Below, piece after piece: positions 45,168 to 54,100 of a stretch of 64,000 bases of DNA (position 1 is the first letter of the stretch; the number at the start of each line of letters is the position of its first letter). The position numbers were made by a program, and so were the translations under genes. The stretch is from Dehalococcoidia bacterium (GTDB lineage Bacteria > Chloroflexota > Dehalococcoidia > Lucifugimonadales > UBA3495): positions 79,091-143,090 of the forward strand of contig OZ242004.1 of assembly GCA_965204685.1 (NCBI GenBank), read 5' to 3'. Below the pieces are notes generated by a model that was given only the letters and a program-made list of their open reading frames with translations, was not told the origin of the DNA and ran no database searches.

Positions 45168-46582
45168 CGCCAGGTTTGCGTTTTGTATTTGGTCCGGATT
45201 CTGATGACCAATCTTGGCGCGACGCGGTAAAACGGTGTTCGCAGGAATTTGTCCGAAGCCGGACGCAGTTGGCCCTGTACGAGCCGGAACGCAGGCCCAC
45301 CGGGCACCGGCTCACCGCTTGGGAAGTTTGGCATGCGTACGGTTCTGATGTGGTAGAGGAGGCGGTTGAAAACGGTGTTGCCGTGCTCAAGGAAACCGAG
45401 GACGCCCCTGAAGCGGGTTTGCTAGGTTACTGGAAGGAATTGGGCGTCTCTTCTTCAGCGGTGGCTGAAGTGACGGGGCTGAGTGAAGAAGAGGTTTCGG
45501 CATGTGGGGTGAACCTGCGGGAACTCCCGATCAGGTCGTTGGAATCCATCGCGTTTGCGTTGGGACTGGACGAGAGGCTCTTGTCGTTCAAGGCTGATTG
45601 CGGGCCCGCTCCCGGATTGGCGGATCGATTGAATGAGTTATGGCGGGCGCCGTGCCGGGCTCCGGAGCGAGTTTCAGAAACGGCAACGTCTTCCTTGGCT
45701 GAAGCAGTTTCGGTGATGCGTGCCCAGACCAGGCTTGAGGGTTGGCTATCCGAGGACAGCGAGGTTCCTCGGTTCGAGACGACGGACGACTACGGAACGG
45801 AACCTTGGAGGGCTCGCCAAGAAGGGTACGCTCTGGCCGACAAAGTCAGAACGGAATTGAAAATTGGAAGCGGACGCATCGCCTCCATGCGTGACTTGGT
45901 TACGGATCGTTTGAGGATGCCCGTGGTTTGGACCAACTTGTCAGAAGGCGTCTCCGGAGCTACGGTATCCTGCCTGGACCATGATGGAAAAGAATTTCGC
46001 GGCGTTGCGGTCAATTCTGATGGTGGGAATGCCGATGTTTGGGTAAGGCGCGTCACATTGGCCAGGGAGTTGGGACACGTTCTGTTTGACCCTCCGGAGA
46101 GGATCGATTGTGTCCGGGTAAATCGCCATTTGAGTGGCGGTCTTCAAGAGGCACCGAGCGATGATCTCGTGGAGCAGAGGGCTGATGCCTTTGCTCTGGC
46201 GTTCCTAGCGCCACTGACAGGAGTCAGGGAGCGAGTACTGAAATTGCCGGCCAGTCAAGATGACGTTGGCCGGGTGATGAAAGATTTCGGGATGTGTGAG
46301 TCAGCGGCACGGCGAAGGATTGCGAGCTGTTTCGATTGGGAATCCTCATATGTTATGACCGCCCCGTCGTGGGCGCGACCATTGCGCGCTGATCGTGTCG
46401 CAGAAGAATTGATCACGGAAAAGACGTTGCCCTGTAGCGTGAGGGAGTCTCGTCGTGGAAAGTTCGCCGAGGTGGTGAGTGATTGCTACAGGAACAGCCT
46501 GATTACTGATGATACAGCGGCGTTGTACTTCGGTTGTTCAGCCGAGGAGGTGGCAGTGGGCAACGCCGCGACGGGTGTGTAG
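45164..46582 (+). CDS. XRE-type HTH + ImmA/IrrE-like (COG2856-type) domain protein with degenerate metal-binding motif
   Basis: HTH-like region: LLGYWKELGVSSSAVAEVTGLSEEEV..SLESIAFALGLD. ImmA-like core: GVAVNSDGGNADVWVRRVTLARELGHVLFDP..EQRADAFALAFLAP. The expected HExxH reads RELGH (AGG at 46064-46066). Confidence 0.75.
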   Translation: MTPGLRFVFGPDSDDQSWRDAVKRCSQEFVRSRTQLALYEPERRPTGHRLTAWEVWHAYGSDVVEEAVENGVAVLKETEDAPEAGLLGYWKELGVSSSAVAEVTGLSEEEVSACGVNLRELPIRSLESIAFALGLDERLLSFKADCGPAPGLADRLNELWRAPCRAPERVSETATSSLAEAVSVMRAQTRLEGWLSEDSEVPRFETTDDYGTEPWRARQEGYALADKVRTELKIGSGRIASMRDLVTDRLRMPVVWTNLSEGVSGATVSCLDHDGKEFRGVAVNSDGGNADVWVRRVTLARELGHVLFDPPERIDCVRVNRHLSGGLQEAPSDDLVEQRADAFALAFLAPLTGVRERVLKLPASQDDVGRVMKDFGMCESAARRRIASCFDWESSYVMTAPSWARPLRADRVAEELITEKTLPCSVRESRRGKFAEVVSDCYRNSLITDDTAALYFGCSAEEVAVGNAATGV

Positions 46583-46585
46583 GCG

Positions 46586-46792
46586 TCAATCTTCGGACCG
46601 CGTGGCGGGCTCTGACGCCGGTAGCTGGGTGGTGCCGAGTCCCAGGTCGATGTTGAAACCGGCGACGGTGACCCCTTCCAGGATCTGCACTACCTTGACG
46701 CTGCTCCCCACGGCGGCCATCAACAGGGCCGAGATGGTGGCCAGCGCCAGGTTGCAGGCCATCAGGTCGTAACGGGCGGGAGTTCGGTTCAA
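46586..46792 (-). CDS. small hypothetical ORF
   Basis: TTG start. MNRTPARYDLMACNLALATISALLMAAVGSSVKVV.. has a hydrophobic N-terminus. A perfect TATAAT lies about 40 nt upstream on the minus strand. Ends 3 nt from the stop of the convergent gene. Confidence 0.25.
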   Translation of the reverse strand: MNRTPARYDLMACNLALATISALLMAAVGSSVKVVQILEGVTVAGFNIDLGLGTTQLPASEPATRSED

Positions 46793-46859
46793 GGTTTAGG
46801 ACACTCGTTGGGACCCGTCGTATTATATCAACGCGCTGGCTTCACTCGGCAGTGTTGAC

Positions 46860-47378
46860 GCTGTTTCCGGAGCAGCCCTTTTGCGACTGGCGCCGTGACG
46901 ATGTTGTCATGCCGGAAGAATGGCAAGCAAGGGCTGTCTTGCACCATGGACGAGGTTGCTGGCCTGCTGGAGGAGAACGCCGGCCTGGTGTTCAGCTCTG
47001 TTTGACCTTGGCCTGCTGGGCATGATGGTGGGCGGCGGCATCGCGTACTGGCTTGGCTACGTGCTGCACGACCAGTACCTGACCCTTGGCTCCACCGAGG
47101 GCGCGCTGGCAGCCATCGTGGCGGTCCAGGACGGCCGGGAGGAGAGCCTGTCGTCGGACAGCGAGTACCGGCGGGCTGCCGGCAGTCTGGCAGCGGGCGG
47201 GCAGTTTCTGGGCTACGTCGACGCGCAGCGCGTTGCGGAACAGCTGGATGCGGACGACCTGGGCTTGGAGCCGGACGAACACCGCATCTTGCACGAAGGG
47301 CTCGGCGTGGCGATATTCGCGCCCACTGTTGGTGAGGGCTACAGCCGGGGCAGGGCGGTGCTGACGCTTCTTCCCTAG
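46860..47378 (+). pseudogene. C-terminal fragment of a DUF3352-like protein, internally frameshifted, ending at the IS insertion site
   Basis: DEVAGLLEENAGLVFSSV-stop, then in another frame ..YLTLGSTEGALAAIVAVQDGREESLSSDSEYRRAAGSL..FLGYVDAQRV..GYSRGRAVLTLLP-stop. Family call is from memory of the pattern only. Confidence 0.3.
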
Positions 47379-48217
47379 GGGCTGTCGTCAAAAGAGTTTG
47401 CTCCAGATCATAGTTGCTCGGAGTTGGCAGGCGGCCAAGTATGATGTCGCCCGCTTGGCGTAGCGGGTCGCTATCCCGCGCCACTGCTTGAATTCCAGAA
47501 ACCCGTTCTCCACCAAGTGCCGCAGCTTGTACAGCGCCCGGTCGTATTCTCGCTTCTTCTTCCGGTTGCTCTTGGGCGGTATCACCGGCTCTATTCCCAT
47601 CCTCTGGGCCGCGGCTATGATTTCATTGGTGTCATAGGCTTTGTCCGCCAGCAGGCACCCGGCCGCAATGCCCTCGATCAAAGACAGCGCTTGGGAGCAG
47701 TCGGCCACCGTGCCCTCGGTCAGCGCCAGTCTGACCGGCATTCCGTGGGCATCCACTGCCAGATGCAGCTTGCTGTTCAGCCCCCTTTGGTGCGGGCAAT
47801 GGACTGGCTTCCACCCTGGGCCCCGGTGCTGTGCGGATGGGCCTTGATATAGCTGGCATCGATCATCAGCCATTCGAAATCAGGATCATCCATGACTGCT
47901 TCCAACAGCCCAGCCCACACGCCTCGGTCCCGCCAGCGGCAGAAGCGCCGATGGGTGTTCTTCCAGTCCCCGTAGTCCGGAGGCAGATCGCGCCAAGGAG
48001 CGCCAGTGCGCAAAATCCAGCACACGGCGTCGACGAACCGGCGGTTGTCATGGGCCGGTCTTCCCTGCTTGCCCGCTCCCCCCGGCAGATGCGGCCTGAG
48101 CCGCTCCCAAACCGCGTCGGTCATATCGTGGCGTCGATGCGCTGCCGTCATACTTCCCCCTGCCGCACTCTCACGTTCACAGCAATCTACCATCTCTCTG
48201 TTGTTTTGACGACACTA
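47379..48217 (-). mobile_element. IS5-family insertion sequence (IS427-group-like), apparently intact
   Basis: Terminal inverted repeats have the core TGTCGTCAAAA (47383-47393) and TTTTGACGACA (48204-48214). CCTAG is present on both flanks (47374-47378 and 48218-22). Two overlapping transposase ORFs. Length about 840 bp. Confidence 0.8.
47388..48151 (-). CDS. IS5-family DDE transposase, two ORFs joined by a -1 programmed frameshift
   Basis: OrfA: MTAAHRRHDMTDAVWERLRPHLPG..NRRFVDAVCWILRTGAPWRDLP..W.NTHRRFCRW, with GGGGGA RBS before ATG 48151. OrfB: GLNSKLHLAVDAHGMPVRLALTEG..LADKAYD..RHLVENGFLEFKQWRGIATRYAK. The frames overlap at the slippery AAAGGGGG (47781-47790). Confidence 0.8.
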
Positions 48218-48350
48218 CCTAGCGACGAATGACTATGAGTGGTGTTATCCGCCGGGGTCGGAGCCGACTACAGCCCATAAACTTGCAGCTAGTTGCTCGA
48301 CTGGTGGAAGCGAGTACGACTGTTCCGTTGATGAAGACGCAATCTCGACG

Positions 48351-48680
48351 TTGAATTTGCCGAGCCATCTAGTGGTTTTGGGTTGCCATTTGACTTGGAC
48401 AGGGATTGGTGCCGACTATCTCGATCAGAGCTCCAAACTAGCGGCGTTCGACCCATCCACTCACGAGCCTGGTCCCGACGCGCTGCTACTGCGTTTGGAC
48501 TTGCTTGAGAGGTACCTCTCTGAGCATGACTTGGAACTGTGCTGGGCTGTCACCGGAGAAAAGCGGTCGATGGGTACCTTTGGACAACCACATGTTTGGC
48601 TCCAATTTCAAGGGGCGTACGTGTTGCGGGACGGAAAACCGGTCGGGAAATCAACTTGCTTCCACATCCGTCCGAATTGA
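48351..48680 (+). CDS. hypothetical protein or fragment next to the IS
   Basis: TTG-start ORF. The frame stays open back to the IS boundary without an ATG. Lower G+C than the surroundings. No family recognised. Confidence 0.3.
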   Translation: MNLPSHLVVLGCHLTWTGIGADYLDQSSKLAAFDPSTHEPGPDALLLRLDLLERYLSEHDLELCWAVTGEKRSMGTFGQPHVWLQFQGAYVLRDGKPVGKSTCFHIRPN

Positions 48681-48880
48681 GTCAAACCAGTCCTCGTGCA
48701 TTCGACGAGTCTCAAACCCCATGCGGGCGTAGGCTTGTGGGAGCGTCTTCGAGAGTCGTCGACCAGTTACCTATAGACGTACCTCCCAGCGGAAAGTTCC
48801 CGGTATGGTATGCTTAGGGGCAGTCAGATAGACGGCCAATTACACCGCCATCGAAAACCTGAACCGAAAGGTTCTGTATT

Positions 48881-49144
48881 TTATCCAGTTTGGTGGAGTA
48901 TTTGCCTGGTTGCCAGAACTTCCGGTCCCGTTCCAAGTAGGACGGGACGCCGGCCAAGGAAAGCAAGATGTGGTGCTTGGGCGCAATCCGGGTACTGATC
49001 GGCTAGGCGGCGGTATCGGGTGAGTTGGTTGCTCTGCTCTTGGGAGAAGGTCTTGTTCTCGATGGCGATGAGGTTCCGATAGTCCCGGTTCAGGATCAGG
49101 ATGTCTAGGTAGCCCCGCTGTTCGTCTACGACGCTCGGCCTCTC
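48881..49144 (-). pseudogene. relic of a PD-(D/E)xK nuclease-family (PDDEXK_4-like) gene
   Basis: Minus frame reads ERPSVVDEQRGYLDILILNRDYRNLIAIENKTFSQEQSNQLTRYRRLADQY.. (D..IENK..QL.RY pattern). It is preceded by an in-frame TAG at 49145-49147 and has no start codon. Confidence 0.4.
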
Positions 49145-49501
49145 CTAGCGGGCCTGAGCACACTGTAGGTGGAACCTTCTTCAAGATGTGGCTGCGGGCT
49201 CCGTGACCCTCAGCTGGTGTCCGAGCTTTTCCGGTGGACCATTCTGTACCGCTTCCGCGCTGAACTTAGGAATTCATCCCATTTCCGCTGAGCGCAGCAT
49301 CATTGGATTACGAGCCCGGTCCTGTCAGCGACCTGACTAACCCCGTTGGCACCAGTGTCCGGGGAATGGAAAGCTATATTGCGGATATCCACAAGGCGAC
49401 CGGGCCAAGGGGAGGGAACCCTGCGAACCAACCAACGAGAAATATGTCCCAGCGCCAAAGGGATAGACCGCCGTTGCTGAATTGGGGAACGCCGACCGGC
49501 A

Positions 49502-49849
49502 TCAGAACCAATCCAAGACCTTTTCTGCTGACACGGGCGTATAAATTGATATGTAGAGCTTCTCGGTTTGGGGATCGAACGAACATTCACGAAGTGAACA
49601 GGGACTTATCGTCGGTTCCCCCTCGACCTCGACCGCAAATTCTTGCAGGAATTTGTGCCACGGCGAAAGCTTGCGAAACAGTTTTCTCGGGTGGTCGTCT
49701 TTCTCTCCGAATGCAAACCGTACCACAGATTCCCCATTGCGCCGCTCGCTTGTGCCTGTGGCGGTTATTTCGATGGGCTTGCTCTTAGGCAGAACTTCGA
49801 CAATCTCATCCCGAACCAAACTGACTTGACGTATATCTTGCTTTTCCAT
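49502..49849 (-). CDS. hypothetical protein
   Basis: GGAGGT lies 8 nt upstream of ATG 49849, which is 17 nt downstream of the preceding gene's stop. Lower G+C. No family recognised. Confidence 0.55.
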   Translation of the reverse strand: MEKQDIRQVSLVRDEIVEVLPKSKPIEITATGTSERRNGESVVRFAFGEKDDHPRKLFRKLSPWHKFLQEFAVEVEGEPTISPCSLRECSFDPQTEKLYISIYTPVSAEKVLDWF

Positions 49850-49866
49850 GGACCTGAACCTCCGGG

Positions 49867-50373
49867 TTACTCTGCCTTCAACGAACCCTCGTCAATCTCA
49901 TGCCAATGCACCAATCGCTGTTCGACCTGCTGGCTCACGTGGCGATCATTCTTGACGCTGGCCACCACAGGTTTGGCCTCACGTCCGGTGACTTGACGTA
50001 GGAATTCGGCGTTCCGTATCACCCTTTCTGTGTCCCTATGGTCCGCTGTGTACGACACCTCGACGACAACGTACACGCTCTCGTCGCCTCTGCTGGCTTC
50101 AATCACCAAGTCCGCTTTCCGGAAACTGCGCAAAGCCCGAGTTTCGACTCCCTTATGGGAAAGTTCCTGCGCCCATCTTGCCAGTTCGTCTCTTTCAATT
50201 TCGCGCAGGTACTGCACACCGAGGTCAAAAGTAATCAATCTGGCGTCACGCGCCACCTCGTACTTGGCAATGTTGCCCTTGATGTCGCCCACATCAACAA
50301 CCAAGCCGGATACGATTCGCTCGATGCGGCCAAGGCGGTCGTCGTTGAACTCCTGATCACTTGGCGTGCCCAT
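49867..50373 (-). CDS. PD-(D/E)xK-like (DUF3782-type by pattern) hypothetical protein
   Basis: N-terminal coiled-coil-like region, then KADLVIEASRGDESVYVVVEVSYTADHRDTERVIRNAEFL (D..E.S/K nuclease-fold-like pattern). ATG 50373 is chosen; the ORF track starts at TTG 50391. Confidence 0.5.
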   Translation of the reverse strand: MGTPSDQEFNDDRLGRIERIVSGLVVDVGDIKGNIAKYEVARDARLITFDLGVQYLREIERDELARWAQELSHKGVETRALRSFRKADLVIEASRGDESVYVVVEVSYTADHRDTERVIRNAEFLRQVTGREAKPVVASVKNDRHVSQQVEQRLVHWHEIDEGSLKAE

Positions 50374-50758
50374 TCTTGGCCTCGGCAACAATTCAATTGC
50401 ATACTGAAATCGGCTTTACGTTGGCCGAGTGTTATCCTCTATCATACCAGACCGAGTATCGCACCAGACCCTGGCGAGTTGGCCGATTTCTCCGTAATCG
50501 TTCACGCTTCGTGAGTCGGTCTGGCCCTAAACCGGCATTCCCGGCCTTGGCTGGAACCTGGAGAATCCGCTAGCTATTGTATTTTTGCCGGTACCAAGGA
50601 CTGCTGGATTTCCGTTCTCGGGCTTATCCGGTGGGCCTAAAGAGGTTGCACTGTAAAGAACCTTCTGCCCTGCCGACCAAGTTTAGCGCAACCGAACATT
50701 GGCGTCCAACCGCAGCCGGACCCCAGCGCGAAAAAGGCCCTGCCTCGAGATCCCTAAC

Positions 50759-51172
50759 CTACTGCGTCCTCTCGCCAACCCGCTCGAAGACCAGTGCCTG
50801 CCCATCTTCGCTATGAAGCGTGAGTTGTTCCCCCGAGACCTCGAACCGCCCTACCGTCGCCAACGAGTCCTGCATCCGTTGCTCCTGCCGGAACAGTGCC
50901 TGGGTGGGGCAGCCCGCTTCCGTCCACGTCAGGTCGGCAAGGCGCAGTTCTGCCTCCTGCACACTGTATCTCGCTGCGTAGGAATTGCAGCCCGTCCACC
51001 CGGTCATATCCGTAGCGGTCGTGAACTTGGCAGTTGCGTTGCCCACCACCTCGGCGGGAGCGTCGGCATTGCCCAGCGCGACCAGTCGCCACTCCGTATC
51101 GGCCAACGGATTGCCTGCGCTGCCACAGGCCACCAGAAGAAACACGGAGCTGAGTAGAAGCCAGCGCATCAT
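50759..51172 (-). CDS. META-domain (HslJ-like) lipoprotein
   Basis: MMRWLLLSSVFLLVAC is a lipobox. W.L..LG......ATAKFT....TGWTGCNSYAARYSV....L.L..LT.TEAGC......QEQ.....L..V..FEVSG..L.L. AGGAGAA RBS overlaps the end of A2. Start lies 15 nt after the A2 stop. Confidence 0.85.
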   Translation of the reverse strand: MMRWLLLSSVFLLVACGSAGNPLADTEWRLVALGNADAPAEVVGNATAKFTTATDMTGWTGCNSYAARYSVQEAELRLADLTWTEAGCPTQALFRQEQRMQDSLATVGRFEVSGEQLTLHSEDGQALVFERVGERTQ

Positions 51173-51187
51173 TCTTCTCCTTTCCTC

Positions 51188-54100
51188 CTACGAGGCCGGC
51201 GTCACCGTCACCTGGAAGGCGTCGCTGACCTCGTTGCCGTCGGGGTCCTGGGCCGTGACCGTGATGGTGGCCGTGCCCGTGCCGGTCGCCACCACCGTCA
51301 GGGTGGAGCCGTTCACATGCAGGGTGGCTGCCACGGCGTAGTTGGACGATACGGCGCTGTAGGTCAGCGCGTCGCCGTCGGGGTCGCGGAACACGCCGGA
51401 CAGGGAGATCTCCCGATGTCCCGGCAACTCCAGGCTGATGTCGGGCAGGGGCGAGACCACCGTGGGCGAGCCGTCGGAGGTTTCCCGCTCCGGTTCCTCT
51501 GTCTCCGGCTCCACCGACACGGTGAAGGTGTCGCTGACCCGGTTGCCGTCGGCGTCCCGGACCGTGACCGTGATGGTGGCCGTGCCCTCGGCCACTCCCG
51601 CCAGCGTCAGCCTGGAGCCGTCGGAGGCCACGGTTACCGTGGCTATGCTGTTGCCCGAGGACGCGGCGGTGATGGTCAGGCTATCGCCGTCGGCGTCGCC
51701 GAAGACGCCGGACAGGGACACGTCCTGTGACGAACCCGTCTCCAGGCCGCTCACGTCGGCCAGGGGCTGGGCCACCACCGGCGCAGACTTCACCCTGACG
51801 GTGAACTCATCCGATACCGTTCCGCCCTCGTCGTCGTTCGCGGTGACCGTGATAGTCGCCGTCCCACGAGCCTGGGCGCTCACCGTCAGGCCGGAGTAGT
51901 CGGCGGACACCGACACCGTGGCCACGGCGTCATTGGAAGAAACCGCCGTGATGGTCAGGCTGTCGCCGTCGGCGTCGCTGAAAACCCCGCTAAGGGAGAC
52001 CTGCCTGGTCCCGCTCTCGTTGACGATGGTGGCGGCGTCAATGGCGCTGGCCACCGTGGGCGCCCGGTTGGGCTGCTCCGGCTCTGGGACCACCGACACG
52101 TCGAAGGCGTCGCTGACCCGGTTGCCGTCGGCGTCCTCCGCGGTTACGGTGATAGTCCCCGACCCTTCCGAAACTCCTGCCACGGTCAAAGTGCCGTGCA
52201 ACAGGAAGGCATCCACCACGGCGTCATTGGACGATACGGCGCTGAAGGTCAGGCTGTCGCCGTCGGCATCGCTGAAGACACCGGACAGGGACACGTCCTC
52301 AGCATCTCCCACCGCCAGGCCGGATACGTCGCCGATGGCCGAAGCCACCACCGGCACGGCCTTCACCTTCACGGTGAACGTGTCCGATACCGTGCCGCCG
52401 TTGCCGTCGGCGGCGGTCACCGTGACGGTGGCCGTGCCACGGCTCCGGGCGCTCACCGTGAGCGTGGAGTAGTCCGCCGCCACCGACACCGTGGCCACGG
52501 CGTCATTGGACGATACGGCGGTGACGGTCAGCGCGTCGTTGTCGGCGTCGCTGAACACTCCCGACAGGGAAACTTGCTGTGTCCCGCTCTGGTTGACGAT
52601 GGTGGCGTCGGCGATGGCGGCGGACACCGTGGGAGATTGGTTGGGCGTTCCCTGCTGTTGCTGTGGGGCCGCCTCGATTTCCTTCAGGGCGGCGGCCACG
52701 TCCACCCAGCGGGACCAGCCCCGGTCGGCGAAGTCCTGAGCCTCCGCCGCCGTCATCGGCGTCAGCGTCGTGTCGACCACCGTCTCGCCGAAGGCCAATA
52801 GCGCCCGGTCCCAGCGGTCGGTGTGCGCTTTGTAGCTCGACCACTGGGGGTCGTTCCGCCATTGGTACATCTGCGCGATCAGCGCGGCGTACCGCTTTTC
52901 CATCGAAACGTCAAAGGCGTCTCTGACCCGGTTGCCGTCGGCGTCCTGGGCCGTGACCGTGATGGTCGCCGTGCCCTCGGCAACCCGCGCCACCGTCAGC
53001 TTGGAGCCGTCGGATGCTACCGACACCGTGGCGACGTTTTCATCCGAGGATGTCGCCGTAATGGTCAGGGCGTCGCCGTCGTCATCGCTGAAGACGCCGG
53101 ACAGGGATACGTCCCGCGTGTCTCCCGCCTCCAGGCCGCTCACGTCGCTGATGGCCGAGGCCACCACCGGCGCGGCCTTCACCGTCACCGTGAAGCTGTC
53201 CTCAACTGTGCCTCCCCTGCCGTCGGCGGCGGTCACCGTGATGGTCGCCGTACCGCGGGCCTGGGCCGTAACCGTCAGCGTGGAGTGGTCGGCTGCCACC
53301 GACACCGTGGCTTTGGCTTCATCTGACGACACGGCGGTGACACTCAGGCTGTCGTTGTCGGCGTCGCTGAAGGTGCCGGACAGGGAGACCTGCCTGGTGC
53401 CAGTCTGGTTGACAATGGTGGCGTCCCCCAGGGCAGAGGCCACCGTGGGCGCTTGGTTCGGCGTTCCCTGCTGCTGCTGTGGGGCGGCCTCGATCTCCTT
53501 CAGGGCGGCGGCCACCTCCACCCAGCGAGACCAGCCCCGGTCGGCGAAGTCCTGTGCCTCCGCCGCCGTCATCGGCGTCAGCGTCGTGTCCGATACCGTC
53601 TCCCCGAAGGCCAGCAGCGCCCGGTCCCAGCGGTCGGTGTGCGCCTGGTAGCTCACCCACTGCGGGTCGTTGCGCCACTCGTACATCCGCGCAATGAGCT
53701 CCGAGTAATCCCCGGACGGCTCCTGCGCCTGGGGCGCTTCCTCCGACACCGTCGCCGCGAAGTCAACCAGCGCCGTGCCGCCCTTGCCGTCGTTGGCCGT
53801 CACCGTTACCCTCGCCACGCCCGGGATCAGGCCGGTCAGGGTCAGGGTGGATTGGTCCGACGACACCGCCGCCGTGACCACCTGGATGTACGAGGAACCG
53901 TCGTGGCCCGGCGGCGGCTCCGCCGTGATGGTCAGCGTGTGGGCCGTGACGGTCAGGCTGTCGCCGTCGGCGTCGTCAAACAGCCCGCTCAGCGACACCT
54001 CCTTGATCCCGCCCCGGGCCGCCACGGTGACGTCGCCCAGGGAGCCGGTCGCCGTGGGCGCCCGGTTGGGCGCCGCCGGCGCGGCATCGACCACCTGCGG

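Noticed and set aside
48840-49184. 114-aa minus-strand ORF in the lower-G+C patch.
   Set aside because: It is Pro/Arg-rich and is the wrong frame of the PD-(D/E)xK-like relic. The frame with the IENK..QL.RY pattern lacks a start and is preceded by a stop.
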